DNA from: Bdellovibrionales bacterium
Lineage (GTDB): Bacteria; Bdellovibrionota; Bdellovibrionia; Bdellovibrionales; UBA1609
DNA: 64,000 bases
Reading direction: 5' to 3'
Assembly: GCA_027317865.1 (NCBI GenBank)
Contig: DAHVQG010000012.1
Span: 18,336 to 82,335 of the forward strand
How positions within the stretch are numbered: position 1 is the first letter of the stretch; every line of letters starts with the position of its first letter. Of this stretch, positions 9,390-20,036 are shown piece after piece. A program made the translations under genes and the position numbers. The notes beneath the pieces were generated by a model. It saw only the letters and a list, made by a program, of their open reading frames with translations, had not been told where the DNA came from and ran no database searches.

Positions 9390-10313
9390 ATCTTCGTATT
9401 GGCGAGTGCCAGCACAATGCTGTTTGGTTGCTCGAAATACAAAGCTTTACAGTCGCTTGATGCGGCCTCGATTGAACAGCCCCCGCAAACCACCTCAATT
9501 TATATTCAAAATTATAAACCCCAGGCTGGTAATGTATTTGTTAACTTTTTTGTCTCAAATTATTCAGTCGTTGTGAACAACGGTCAGCTTGAGTACAGCA
9601 CCGCGCGCGACGGTCTCTGGGATTCTCTCAAAGACCAGCTTAACCCCACCTACGGATTTTCAACTTCAACCCCCGAATCCACGACAGTAGGCTTTGCTGA
9701 CCTCGTCTTATTTGATCTCGGCATTACCACGAATGAACAGCCGCAACTTTATTGCCCACCGGACGAAATGGATAGCAGCAGTAACGATGCCATCATTTAC
9801 AACGATTCACGCTTACCGGGTAACCCCGTCGAATTTTTGGGCCTTCGCGATTGTGAAAAATCGTACTTAGGTTTAGACCCGACGACGCCCGATTACGACA
9901 ATAGCGGCATTCCTGATTATCTTGCCCTCCGTTGCGGTCTCAATCCGGCCGACCCGAACGACTTACAAGTAAGTGCGGCCGGCGACAGCGTTTCGAACCT
10001 TGATAAATGCAAAGATCATATTCCGATTGGTGAAACTTACCAAGACAACCAACTTTATGCCTACCAGTACACAAAACTCGTAAACCCTGATGGCACAGAC
10101 AATTTTTCAGTGACCAATATTCCAGTACTCAACGGCGGCCAAGACAACTTTCTCGCCTTCTACGTTCTCGAGCAGAATCTCACAACGAAAGCTTCTTCTG
10201 TTTATACGGCATTTGCCATTTTGAAAAACGGCTACGCCGGCCAAACCTTGAAATTCAACTACTGGGCAACAAGTCCGTCGACTTTCTCTAATCAGGAGGT
10301 CAATGTTCCATGA
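9357..10313 (+). CDS. Lipoprotein paralog with the TSP3-like C-terminal module but no vWA domain (start re-assigned to GTG 9357)
   Basis: Lipobox LFGC-SK; RDGLWD, GLRDCEK, DNSGIPD, GDSVSNLDK correspond to the C-terminal halves of the neighbours. Confidence 0.75.
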   Translation: MKLNRGLQTIYIFVLASASTMLFGCSKYKALQSLDAASIEQPPQTTSIYIQNYKPQAGNVFVNFFVSNYSVVVNNGQLEYSTARDGLWDSLKDQLNPTYGFSTSTPESTTVGFADLVLFDLGITTNEQPQLYCPPDEMDSSSNDAIIYNDSRLPGNPVEFLGLRDCEKSYLGLDPTTPDYDNSGIPDYLALRCGLNPADPNDLQVSAAGDSVSNLDKCKDHIPIGETYQDNQLYAYQYTKLVNPDGTDNFSVTNIPVLNGGQDNFLAFYVLEQNLTTKASSVYTAFAILKNGYAGQTLKFNYWATSPSTFSNQEVNVP

Positions 10314-11977
10314 ACGGTCACAATAACCTTTCATTCAACATTTATACTTTACTGGTTGTTTTGGCTCTCGGCCTATTTGGCTGCTCGAAAAGAAACCTTC
10401 AGCCTCTTAATGAAGCGTCGTCTTCGGTTATGGCCTACGGTACAGTGAATGCGAATTTTTGCACGAATCCACCGGCCCCGGCGGCGGAAAATGTGAAATA
10501 TATTTTTATTCTCGATCACTCGGCTTCAAATCAACCCGGCTTTCCGCTGGTTACGGGCGACGTGAGCAACACAGACCCTATGGGCAGTCGTCGATATGGA
10601 CCGATGATCAATTTTATTCAAAATCTTACCCCCGAACCAAATATGACAACGTCGTTCGCGCTTATTGATTTTAACGACACCGCCTACCAACCCGGGACTT
10701 TGATCGGTTTTGATTCGAACGCAAGTACCTTTATTTCCACAGCGCAAACGGATTGGATCGGCAACGGCACGGCATCCGCTCCATCGCCATACGACAAAGG
10801 TTTCACCAATTACCAATCGGCTTTGCAAATGGCGTTGCAACTCATTCAATCGGATTTACAAAGTCAGGCCGTGCTCGCGCAAACTCCTGTTGTCCAAGAC
10901 CAATACCACATAATTTTTGTTAGCGACGGTGTCCCGACTGTATCGACGACCTCAGGCGGCACTTATACCCAGACCTTTTCGGGTGACATCGAACCTGTCA
11001 TTTCGTCCATTATGAATTTAAAGAGCAACCCTACTTTTGGTCCATATATTAGCAGCATTACCTTAAGCACCGCCTACTATTATAACGATGTGCAATTGCC
11101 CAACGCCGAAGCTCTTTTACAGCAAATGGCGCAAGCGGGTAACGGTCAATATCTTCAATTCGCCGCCGGACAAAATATTCTTTATCAACAGTTTGCGCCT
11201 CCAGTAACGAACATTCAAAATAAGCTTATGGATGTGTTAGTACAAAACGAAAACGGCGTGTGGTGGAGCAACGGCCAGTTCATGCAATCTACGGCCGGCG
11301 ACGGTCTGCCTGACGCAATTAAAGAACAAATGGGCGCCAACCCCATGCTTAAAGATTCAGACGGAAACGGCGTCAGCGATTTTGTCGAATATTTACTTAA
11401 CGGCAAACCCTGCCAAGACCCGAATTGTTCACACGCGGGCGCCAACCCGTATTCGGTTTGCGCTGGTATTCCACACACCACCGATGCAAACGGCGACATC
11501 CACTACATTTCATCAAGCAACGACGGGCTCAACGACTGCGAAAAGTATTTGCTCGACGCGAACGCCTCGACGTTTAACACCAACGGCGATTTGATCCCTG
11601 ATCTTTTTGCTCTCGAGCAAGGTCTTCCGATTACGCCCGGTACCTCGTGGCAAGCATTTGCCGACCCCTTTGGCGATGGCATCACAAATTACGACAAAAT
11701 AAAACTCGGTTTACCGCTCTCTGTTTCAGATAAATCGCTTATAGGTTTTAAACAGCGGCAAACGACTTTAGTTCCTGTACCGTCGTCAAACCCAGATGAA
11801 AGCTGTTACCGCTTGACCGTTAATAATGTCGCGCTGGCGGCTTTGAATAATACGATTCGAGTCATTGTTGTGCAAGACAGTTCGGCTGGGCAAAGTAAAC
11901 CGTTTATGACGAGTGCCGCAAAACAAATGGACCCGTCATCATTAAGCGTAAGCTTTGCACCGGGGGATTTTAATTAA
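10310..11977 (+). CDS. vWA-domain lipoprotein with TSP3-like repeats (MtsD/CglD-like)
   Basis: Lipobox LFGC-SK; NFCT; DHSAS...T(NY)...SDG; GDGLPD, DSDGNGVSD, NGDLIPD; ATGA overlap with the previous gene. Confidence 0.8.
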   Translation: MNGHNNLSFNIYTLLVVLALGLFGCSKRNLQPLNEASSSVMAYGTVNANFCTNPPAPAAENVKYIFILDHSASNQPGFPLVTGDVSNTDPMGSRRYGPMINFIQNLTPEPNMTTSFALIDFNDTAYQPGTLIGFDSNASTFISTAQTDWIGNGTASAPSPYDKGFTNYQSALQMALQLIQSDLQSQAVLAQTPVVQDQYHIIFVSDGVPTVSTTSGGTYTQTFSGDIEPVISSIMNLKSNPTFGPYISSITLSTAYYYNDVQLPNAEALLQQMAQAGNGQYLQFAAGQNILYQQFAPPVTNIQNKLMDVLVQNENGVWWSNGQFMQSTAGDGLPDAIKEQMGANPMLKDSDGNGVSDFVEYLLNGKPCQDPNCSHAGANPYSVCAGIPHTTDANGDIHYISSSNDGLNDCEKYLLDANASTFNTNGDLIPDLFALEQGLPITPGTSWQAFADPFGDGITNYDKIKLGLPLSVSDKSLIGFKQRQTTLVPVPSSNPDESCYRLTVNNVALAALNNTIRVIVVQDSSAGQSKPFMTSAAKQMDPSSLSVSFAPGDFN

Positions 11978-12033
11978 GTAATTTAATGCGCGAAGGGCGG
12001 CAATGCGAAACCGACGCGCGAAGGGGAGGAAGT

Positions 12034-13413
12034 ATGGGGAACAAAAAACAAACAATACGGAGGACGCTTGTCATATTGCTGCTTACGCTGCCCGTTGCGT
12101 TCGTCTATAATGCCTGTAGCCGCTATCAGTCTGCTGGCGGAATAAACCAAAGCTCCGGCGCATCGACGAGTAATCTAAATTATCTAACTGGCAAAATGCA
12201 GATGAGCCTTGTCAATGCCAGTGGAAATTTGATTTACTCCGACGCGGCCACCGGTGGCTCACTGACATTTAAAGCGAACACCAATTACGGATTAAACTTA
12301 AACGTCACGGGTTATCCAGCAAATACGCAGTACTCGCTGGAGATGACCCAGACGGATGTGGTTAATGGAACAACTGTCACTGTTCCGCTCACCGCCGGCT
12401 TAAACTCATTCACGGTGCCTACCCAAGGTGATTACTCGTGGAAGCTCATGGCCTCCGCACCGGGTTACCAGTCGCAAACTAAATTTTATTTGGCCAACGT
12501 AACCTGCCAAAACCCGACGTTTACGCAGTCGAGTCTTGACCCTGCGGCGCTTACCGTCAGTCAAGGTAGCGGCACCAACCTCTACAACTTTTCAGCCGCT
12601 AACGTGGTCGCAAACGCAAACGGAATGCGTCCATATGAATGTGCGTTTGACCCGACTGGCACCGGAATTGTCGATACGAGCTGGCAGAATTGCACCCAAG
12701 CGTTCAATAACTTTTACGTCAACTACGTGAGCACACGAAATGTCGGCGTCATTGTCAAAGACGCGTGCAACACGACTTATGCCGTGTCTGCGCCAGTTCA
12801 ACTCACCTACACCGAACCCACTATGCCCGGAAACGTCTTCATCTTTGGCCAAATTTCAAACGCGACGGGTACGGCAAAGGGCGACTCGCGAGTTGACAAC
12901 GTGACCTATCTCGCAACAAATTCGGGAGGTAACGATATTGTTCAACCCCACTACAGCAGCGGCTCGTTTCAAATTACATCTTCGCAAAACTACGGTATGC
13001 CTTCGAGTTCATCGTTCGGAGTTCAGATTAATGTTAAGGGCATTCAAGATTCGCTCAATGTCTCAACAATGACGGGAACGGTAAACGCAAGTAACGCCTA
13101 TATTTCGTCACTCAGCTACACGACAGACGAAGCCGGAGATGCCAAACCGCCTCTTGATTTCAACAGCACGAATTGCACCTTGAGCAATCAAGGCGCCAAA
13201 GTGTTGTTTACAGCGGGAACACCGTGTTCAAGCGGCACGGCTGGCGATCAAAACAAGGCAACCGTTGAAGTCTGGGGACATTATCAGTGCACGATTTCGG
13301 ATGTCAGCGGCGGCGCACAAATCACCGGCGATTTCGACGGTTATACCCACTTAGTTGATAACTGCTCCGGCGGTGGTGGTGGCGGCGGCGGCATTGAACC
13401 GATTCAACTTTAG
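12034..13413 (+). CDS. Cys-containing beta-rich lipoprotein with poly-Gly C-terminal tail
   Basis: GGAGGA RBS before ATG 12034; lipobox VYNAC-SR; T/S/N/G-rich; ends CSGGGGGGGGIEPIQL. Confidence 0.75.
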   Translation: MGNKKQTIRRTLVILLLTLPVAFVYNACSRYQSAGGINQSSGASTSNLNYLTGKMQMSLVNASGNLIYSDAATGGSLTFKANTNYGLNLNVTGYPANTQYSLEMTQTDVVNGTTVTVPLTAGLNSFTVPTQGDYSWKLMASAPGYQSQTKFYLANVTCQNPTFTQSSLDPAALTVSQGSGTNLYNFSAANVVANANGMRPYECAFDPTGTGIVDTSWQNCTQAFNNFYVNYVSTRNVGVIVKDACNTTYAVSAPVQLTYTEPTMPGNVFIFGQISNATGTAKGDSRVDNVTYLATNSGGNDIVQPHYSSGSFQITSSQNYGMPSSSSFGVQINVKGIQDSLNVSTMTGTVNASNAYISSLSYTTDEAGDAKPPLDFNSTNCTLSNQGAKVLFTAGTPCSSGTAGDQNKATVEVWGHYQCTISDVSGGAQITGDFDGYTHLVDNCSGGGGGGGGIEPIQL

Positions 13414-13447
13414 TCATTGCACACGGCCTTGAAAGAAACGCGAAATA

Positions 13448-13481
13448 GGCGAGATGTGGAGAACCACGTCTCGCCGTTTTT
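13448..13481 (+). terminator. Intrinsic terminator
   Basis: GGCGAGATGTGG-AGAA-CCACGTCTCGCC followed by GTTTTT. Confidence 0.8.
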
Positions 13482-13527
13482 AATCGGCGCTGAATATTTT
13501 CAATAAGCAATGAATTCCGCGCACAGT

Positions 13528-14250
13528 TTAATAAAGAAACGAAAACTCAAGCATGTAAACAAGCTGCGCGCCGATCAAATTATGGTTTCCGGTTATGCTG
13601 GGATCATCATATAAATAAATCCAATTTTGCGCGGTCTTTGTCGTGGAATACGTTTCTTGGTAGGCCATTTCATTGATTTGAATATAATAATTCTTTTTGT
13701 ACGGGTAAGTCTCAGACACCATCGCACCATAAATTAAACCATGCGAAGAAAACGGCTGATCTTTTGTCTCAAGGTCCGTCGTGGGGCTCACGATATGCGA
13801 CCCCACTTTCGGAAAGCTCACAAACTCAAAACCCAAGAGTGGCCCGGCGCTTAATGTATCGGTAATCCGGTATTTCGCGGCCGAACGAAATGTAAAATCA
13901 TCTGATTCAAATTCGCTCGATTGCGCTCGCGTGACCGCATACGATGCATTCAAAAGTTCAATATCCCAGTTCGCGGTTAAATAATGGACCTGAAAAAAAT
14001 CGGCGGCGAAAATATAACGGTTTGACGCAAATCCGATCGGGCTCAACCCCATACCCAAATAAAAACCGGATTTTGGCGGCTTAAATACATATTGCTTGAG
14101 ATTCGGAAACTTCTGCAAAAATGATTTCGCTGTCACTGCCGTTGTGCCGTCCGAATCCGATTTCGCGTCAGCATGAGCCAAACATGTACAGGTTAGCAAG
14201 GCACAAAAAATAAATAAGAAGAAAAACGTGCGCTTAAGATTGCCGGCCAT
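13528..14250 (-). CDS. Putative outer-membrane beta-barrel protein (start re-assigned to ATG 14250)
   Basis: TGATG coupling with the upstream gene; signal peptide ending AHA; amphipathic strands; C-terminus MLEFSFLY. Confidence 0.65.
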   Translation of the reverse strand: MAGNLKRTFFFLFIFCALLTCTCLAHADAKSDSDGTTAVTAKSFLQKFPNLKQYVFKPPKSGFYLGMGLSPIGFASNRYIFAADFFQVHYLTANWDIELLNASYAVTRAQSSEFESDDFTFRSAAKYRITDTLSAGPLLGFEFVSFPKVGSHIVSPTTDLETKDQPFSSHGLIYGAMVSETYPYKKNYYIQINEMAYQETYSTTKTAQNWIYLYDDPSITGNHNLIGAQLVYMLEFSFLY

Positions 14251-17200
14251 CACAGGTGACCCTCCAGCCGAGAAATCGTATCTTCGCAACTTCGTTTATA
14301 CCCACCGGCATCGCTTGCGGTGCTTAGAATGTAATTTGCTTCACCGAGCAACCCCATCTCCAGAATTGAACAACCCAGTATTGATTTGAATTTGCCCTTA
14401 CCACCCTCGAATTGCGACATGCCGTAAACGGAAACTGCGGCGGCAAAGTTCCAGTCATGATAGCCATAGTACGTTCGAGCAATTTTATAATACCGCTGCC
14501 AATGTGAATGATCGGCAAAGAGATTTTTTTCTTGTTGCATCAGACTGCGCGAAAACGGGTCACGAGTCATTTCTCGATTGTTCACGAGCCGCGGCCAGCT
14601 CAGCGCTTGCTGCAATGAAGGCAATACGCCGCGTGCGCAGGCAATGTTAATCGGCGAAATTAAAGAGGCTGCCGAAATTATTTTGTGACACCGGTTCTGG
14701 CTCGTCCGCGCTTCACGCAGACTTTGCGTAGCTTGGGTCATAATAATTCCCCGAACCTGAGGAGCACTATGCTCGGCGGCGACCCTTAAAAACTGGCTGA
14801 GGCGCGCAAGAACGTGCGCGTCGGCCAAAGCGACTAAAATATCCATTTCGGGATCACCACCGCCGGAATAAGCGTTGATTTCAGAAAGTAGGCCATGACC
14901 GGCGGCAGCAACCGTCGACAAATTTGCCATAGTGGGAGCGGTTTCGCCGACTTGCCGGTCAAAATTTCGAATTCTCATTTCAATGTTCGGCCAGTTGTAC
15001 CATCGGCAAAGATTTGTCGATATCGAAGCGCGACAACGGTTTGCCACTCTTTCAAGAACATTGCGGCGGGAATTCGGCGAAAGTCGAAACTGCGCTTTAA
15101 ACAGCGACAATAAATCCGCGTCGCTATTAGACCAATTCATGAAACTCGTAACAAGCGCTCCCGGCACGAACACGGGAGAACTCAATAAGCTGCGTATCTC
15201 ATGCTGAAAAACAGTTTGCGTTGCCGTCGATACATTCCGCATAAGAAAGCTCGACGAGAGCTGCGCGACAAGCGGAAAATCCCGCAACATCAGCGCCAGT
15301 TTTAAACTCTTTTCAAAGATTTGTTGCCGAATTGCGGGCGGAGTTTCACGGTTCAAAATAATTGCCCGCCAAATACTCAGCGTTTCGTAATACCGGGTGA
15401 TGGCAAGCGTCTCGTTAGCCATCGAACTGAGGATGTCGGCCTTCTGAACCGGATTTCTTTGCGAATTTGCAATCGTGTAACCGGCGCGCAAAAAAGTGTT
15501 TATATCTTTTTCTTCTTTACTTCTCGCAAGCGCTTCTTTCAATGCCACCGAACGAAGAGACGAATTTCGCATCGAAAGCGCAGCCTGCAAATAACTGCGC
15601 CCTTGGTTAAATAAATTGTAGCCATGGGCTGTCTCGACGTCTTTATCCAACCGGTTAAGTAACGCCTTAGAATGCACATTCTTGAGATACGCACGCAAAC
15701 TGGGGTTCGGCAAATGAAGCGCGAGCAAACGCTGGCTCCAGTATATCAATTCCTTAAAATTTGCCGTGGTATTGTAGTAATTCAAAATTAAATCGGCGGC
15801 ATCGCGGGTTTTTGGCGTATTCGGAAAACGCCTCACGTAATTGTACAAATCGTTTAGCGCGTACCTGTAATAACCCTGATCGTAAACCGTTTTTGCCAAT
15901 GTAAAATTCAGCTGCGGGCTATTTCTCTGTCGAGGGTCAAGCATCATATATTGGTGAATGGCCTGGATGAGCAAACCCTTCGTTCTAAGTTGTTTGTAAA
16001 ACGAATAGTCGGCGGGTTTCTGTAGGGCGAGAATCGCGTTTTGCAGAAGTTTTGCTCGAGAAATCGGCTTGCCGAACTCCCCGTCATAAACCCTTAAATA
16101 ATAAGAGCCGCTGTTAAAATAATCGTGTTCGTTAAAATAGACGCCCGCTAAATCGATAGCGACTTTAACCGCTTCTGGCCCGCGGCCGAAAAACCCCAAA
16201 TACAACAAGTAAAAATCTTCAGCCCGCTTGTATAATTGCTGACGAATGACCGGATTTTTTTCGCCCTTGGCAAGTTCGTGTGCATGTGTTCCGAGTTCGC
16301 GAATCTGTTTTTCAAAAAAATTATAGGCTTGGAATCGCGTTTGGCGCGACATCGCGTAATGGGTATTCCAATAGTTGTATTTCTCAAGAACAAACCGCAT
16401 TTCACGAACCGGAATATTAATCCGCGCATTAAGCGGAATCCGGCGCAACACCTCATGATAAATATTAACTATGCGCTCTGGGTCGTGAAGACGCTCACAG
16501 TAAGTTCGCAACAAATTGATCGCAAAGTTGTACTGTCGCAAAAAGATATAGCGGTACGAAAGCTTTTCGATGGTCTCTTGAAACAGTTCCTCTGTGGGAG
16601 CGATTTTAGAGTAATAGGCCACCGGATGGGGATTCTTTTTAAACACCTCCGTAAATGCACGAATCGAGTCGATAAGCGCTTCACGCTTCAAGTCGATTCC
16701 GATCACGGTGTTTTGCGGAAGAAATGAACTCTGCGTACTGTCCTTGGCCAACTCGCTGTCTGTGGCTACCTCACTAAAAAATTTCAACGCCTGTTTGGGG
16801 TGGCTTTGTTCGAGCGCAATAAGCCCGAGCCGATACCGGGCGGCATCGCGGTCATAGGGATATTTTGAATATTGCACGCTCTCAAGAAACTTCCGCGATT
16901 CGTTATATTCCTGCTGGCTGAAAAAATATTGGCCGAGAAGCAAGCGGGACTGGATCGCTTCTTTTGAATTCGGAAAGCGCTTGATCAACTCATTCGCCGT
17001 AGCCACGAAAGCCGGCCCCTCGTCGATTGATTTCTCACCCGAAGCAAGGCGAAATAAAACTTGTTTTGTCGCATCGAATTTGGGGAAGTCCCGCAAAATT
17101 TGTTGATAAACCGCGATCGCCTTTTGCTCCGCAATCACGACAGGAGAAAATTTTTGCGATTCAAGGGACTTTGCGTTCGCCCCTTTGTTTCGCTCCATCT

Positions 17201-17486
17201 CAAGATAAAATAACGTCGTTGATTTTGTCGAAAGCAGATCGCCCAATTGAAGATAAAGATTCGCCAGAAACGGGGCGCTTTGATTTTCAGTGATTTGTTT
17301 ACGAAGAATTTTTACCGACTTGTCGGTTCGAGTAAGCATTTCGTAAAGCTTTTTTTGAAACTCCGCATCGCTTAAATGTTGAGATTTAAGCGATGATATC
17401 GCCTCGCTCGGCGTTGTCGACGAGCCGCTTGCCGCTAAAACGGCTATTGGCAAAAAAGTAATCAAAATCGCGCAAATCAGTCGCAT
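14250..17486 (-). CDS. Large periplasmic TPR protein (GltD/AgmU-like)
   Basis: Signal peptide; TPR helices (AIAVYQQILRDFP, SRLLLGQYFF, ARYRLGLIAL); gene context. Confidence 0.7.
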   Translation of the reverse strand: MRLICAILITFLPIAVLAASGSSTTPSEAISSLKSQHLSDAEFQKKLYEMLTRTDKSVKILRKQITENQSAPFLANLYLQLGDLLSTKSTTLFYLEMERNKGANAKSLESQKFSPVVIAEQKAIAVYQQILRDFPKFDATKQVLFRLASGEKSIDEGPAFVATANELIKRFPNSKEAIQSRLLLGQYFFSQQEYNESRKFLESVQYSKYPYDRDAARYRLGLIALEQSHPKQALKFFSEVATDSELAKDSTQSSFLPQNTVIGIDLKREALIDSIRAFTEVFKKNPHPVAYYSKIAPTEELFQETIEKLSYRYIFLRQYNFAINLLRTYCERLHDPERIVNIYHEVLRRIPLNARINIPVREMRFVLEKYNYWNTHYAMSRQTRFQAYNFFEKQIRELGTHAHELAKGEKNPVIRQQLYKRAEDFYLLYLGFFGRGPEAVKVAIDLAGVYFNEHDYFNSGSYYLRVYDGEFGKPISRAKLLQNAILALQKPADYSFYKQLRTKGLLIQAIHQYMMLDPRQRNSPQLNFTLAKTVYDQGYYRYALNDLYNYVRRFPNTPKTRDAADLILNYYNTTANFKELIYWSQRLLALHLPNPSLRAYLKNVHSKALLNRLDKDVETAHGYNLFNQGRSYLQAALSMRNSSLRSVALKEALARSKEEKDINTFLRAGYTIANSQRNPVQKADILSSMANETLAITRYYETLSIWRAIILNRETPPAIRQQIFEKSLKLALMLRDFPLVAQLSSSFLMRNVSTATQTVFQHEIRSLLSSPVFVPGALVTSFMNWSNSDADLLSLFKAQFRLSPNSRRNVLERVANRCRASISTNLCRWYNWPNIEMRIRNFDRQVGETAPTMANLSTVAAAGHGLLSEINAYSGGGDPEMDILVALADAHVLARLSQFLRVAAEHSAPQVRGIIMTQATQSLREARTSQNRCHKIISAASLISPINIACARGVLPSLQQALSWPRLVNNREMTRDPFSRSLMQQEKNLFADHSHWQRYYKIARTYYGYHDWNFAAAVSVYGMSQFEGGKGKFKSILGCSILEMGLLGEANYILSTASDAGGYKRSCEDTISRLEGHL

Positions 17487-18823
17487 TTGTTTTTGAGTGT
17501 TCCCTTGTAACTCAGCCGCTCATCGCGCCAATAATCGCCCCATTGCGGCCAATGAATAATAAAATTATTTTTGTTGGTTTCAAGTAGCACAGGGTTCTTA
17601 ACCGGTTTTTCTTTAAAAACCGTATTCGGATTGTATTGCGAGCGCATCACGTCAAATTGCAAAAATTTAAGACTTTCGCCTAAAATAACCAGTCGCTGCG
17701 CCGCCGTTTCGAGAGCCTGCGTTCGGTAAAGATTTTCAGTGCGCAGGTACATGTGAAACGCGGTGACGTACACGTATTTGGCAACCGGGCGAAGTCGGCG
17801 CGGCAATTTAGAAACGGACCGAAACTCTTTTTTAAGCTCCCGAATGCTTTTTATCTCTTGCTCATATTTGATTTCGTTGGCGTTCACAATTCTATTTAGT
17901 ACGACAAAACGCGAGAGCGGCTCACCTATTTTTATCCCAAAAATGGTTTTGCCGTATTCGCGATTGAATTTTTTGATCAGCGCGTGAGTCGCTTTATAAG
18001 AGCACATCTTGCGATAAATGAGTGCGCGCAAAATATATTTTTCAAGATAAATATTGCGCCCCGCCGCTTTCGATTCAAGATTATAAAGAAGCCCCAATGC
18101 TTTGTTATATTTCTTGAGACGGTAAAGGCTCCAAGCGGCTTCGAGCCAATCTTCGGGGCTGATTGGATTTGTCTTCAACAAAAACGTTTCGTAAATTTCG
18201 GCCGACTCTTTATATTTCTTTTGTTGATAATCAATGCGTGCCAAAGTGCGAGCGGCCTTCTTTGCCAAATCGAAATTGCCCGGGCCCTTGATGAGTTTCA
18301 ACATTTTGTTAATTGACGCCTTTGCCTTCTTGAGATGCCCCCCCGCGTATTCTTGCAATGCTTGAAAAAAAAGATATTTCGGAAAGTTTTTTTTATTTAT
18401 TTTATTAAAATAGTAATCCGCCCACTTCTTCATTCCGTCGTTGAGATTGACGATGCCTTTGTAGAGAAAATAGCTCTGGCTAAACTCGCTCTTCTTTGCC
18501 GGCTCGATATCACCCGGAACAAAATACGCTCGCGTCGAAAACGGGTACCCGAGGTCAATGAGTTGCACAATTGTCTTATATGCTAGCCGTTTTGTTGGCA
18601 GATCATCAAAAAAATTAATCATGTCTGAAGCCGCGGCCAATGCCCCGTAATACATGTGGTGTTTCATCAATTTTGGAACAAGCTGCTGCCACAACCTGGA
18701 ATCATTTACGTCATGCGGAACAACGCTGCGCCATCCGGACGAATTCTTGGCTCGCGCCATTACGGCAAACCCCGGGTAAGCAAACAGGCTCAGACACAAA
18801 ATGAGGACAATGTTAATACGCAT
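17477..18823 (-). CDS. TPR protein (GltC-like)
   Basis: LEAAWSLY..KYNKALGLL, EKYILRALIY..C, C-terminal WPQWGDYWRDE..Y, resembling the GltC-type W.F.GEYW.DE motif. Confidence 0.7.
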   Translation of the reverse strand: MRINIVLILCLSLFAYPGFAVMARAKNSSGWRSVVPHDVNDSRLWQQLVPKLMKHHMYYGALAAASDMINFFDDLPTKRLAYKTIVQLIDLGYPFSTRAYFVPGDIEPAKKSEFSQSYFLYKGIVNLNDGMKKWADYYFNKINKKNFPKYLFFQALQEYAGGHLKKAKASINKMLKLIKGPGNFDLAKKAARTLARIDYQQKKYKESAEIYETFLLKTNPISPEDWLEAAWSLYRLKKYNKALGLLYNLESKAAGRNIYLEKYILRALIYRKMCSYKATHALIKKFNREYGKTIFGIKIGEPLSRFVVLNRIVNANEIKYEQEIKSIRELKKEFRSVSKLPRRLRPVAKYVYVTAFHMYLRTENLYRTQALETAAQRLVILGESLKFLQFDVMRSQYNPNTVFKEKPVKNPVLLETNKNNFIIHWPQWGDYWRDERLSYKGTLKNKCD

Positions 18824-19454
18824 AGGCAGTGCCGAATATAAATGCCAAATTGTTATGCATGCTGCCGAAAGGATAAAGGTAACGAGCCTCGACCCTCCAC
18901 GAGAAATTGTTATTGACGAAAGACTCGAAGCGCCAGCCTAAATTCACCCCCACAGTGGATTCTTGATTCGAAATGACGAGCGCGGGGCCTGCCAAAAAAG
19001 AACTGCGAAAATATCGAATATATTTAGTAAGAAAAATGGTCTTGCCGTAGGCAAACGTATAATTGAGATTCGATGCAAGTACAAAATTGAGCCGTTCGAT
19101 GCTCTGAGGTTGAACATGGTATTTGTCAGCCAGTTCGGAAGTCAGCCCCGAATCCACTGCATAAATGTAATCGAGCGAGCCGACATCCCATGAATAAGTT
19201 TTATTTAGATAGCGGGTGTAAGTAAGATCGACGCTAAAACCGTTGTAATACGGATCAAGCGGCCAAATCCCCAAACCGTAAAACATCTGTTGCGATTTCG
19301 GGTTTAGGTAAGTTTGCACAGCTTGGATTTTAACGCCGTCAAGAGGCTTCACGCCTTTGAGGGCCGGCTTTTTTTTGGCCGCGGCCGGGACAGCACTTAA
19401 CATAATTGCGAAAAACAATGACGTAATTGTTGAGAGAGAAATCAAACATCGCAT
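18813..19454 (-). CDS. Outer-membrane beta-barrel (GltA/GltB-like)
   Basis: Signal peptide; IQAVQ...K, DPYYNG, FAYGK pattern; terminal GTAYAY. Start at ATG 19454 (track uses 19490). Confidence 0.7.
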   Translation of the reverse strand: MRCLISLSTITSLFFAIMLSAVPAAAKKKPALKGVKPLDGVKIQAVQTYLNPKSQQMFYGLGIWPLDPYYNGFSVDLTYTRYLNKTYSWDVGSLDYIYAVDSGLTSELADKYHVQPQSIERLNFVLASNLNYTFAYGKTIFLTKYIRYFRSSFLAGPALVISNQESTVGVNLGWRFESFVNNNFSWRVEARYLYPFGSMHNNLAFIFGTAYAY

Positions 19455-19603
19455 ATAAGTCAGTGTGAAAAATTGCGCCGGGTCTGGCAAGCCTTACTCG
19501 TGTATAAAGATATGACGCCTGACCATAGTCTTTTCAGTTTTTACGCTTGATCTCATTGTGAAACAAAAAACACCTGTAATTTCAATATGTTATATCGCGT
19601 GCA

Positions 19604-19619
19604 CGGCACCGAATTTGCA
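19604..19619 (+). promoter_or_regulatory. sigma54-type promoter of the motor operon
   Basis: CGGCACCGAATTTGCA (GG-N10-GC); IHF-like TTTCAATATGTTA just upstream. Confidence 0.65.
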
Positions 19620-19686
19620 GCATATTTATTGTAACGAAAGAACTCATCCACAAAGCGAATCGGAAACACATTCGGGGAGGGTATTA

Positions 19687-19983
19687 ATGAATTCTGCAAA
19701 ATCTCAAGACTTCATGCCGTCGGCGTTCATTAGGTGGCCCCTTTTAACAGCGGCAATATTCCTCTTCGCGACCGTCGCGTCAGCAACCCCGGCGCGATAC
19801 ATGCCAAATAATTACAATAATCGCGCGCCGTCATCTCTGCCCGGCGCAGGTCAATCGTTTCAAATTCGCGGTCAAACGCGCAACCTCAACATGATGCTCG
19901 TCTTAAAAAACGGAAAAGACGAAATCAATTTTATAAAACCTCGCAGAAATTACCGTGCGAAGGTCCTGGCCACCCAATTCTAG
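19687..19983 (+). CDS. Small secreted GltF/CglF-like protein
   Basis: GGGGAGG RBS; signal peptide; FQIRGQ...FIKPRRNYRAKV resembles the CglF pattern; position before exbB. Confidence 0.6.
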   Translation: MNSAKSQDFMPSAFIRWPLLTAAIFLFATVASATPARYMPNNYNNRAPSSLPGAGQSFQIRGQTRNLNMMLVLKNGKDEINFIKPRRNYRAKVLATQF

Positions 19984-20036
19984 CCTAGACTCCGTTTTTC
20001 TTCATTATGATACTGAAGCGGATATGAGGTGGCACT

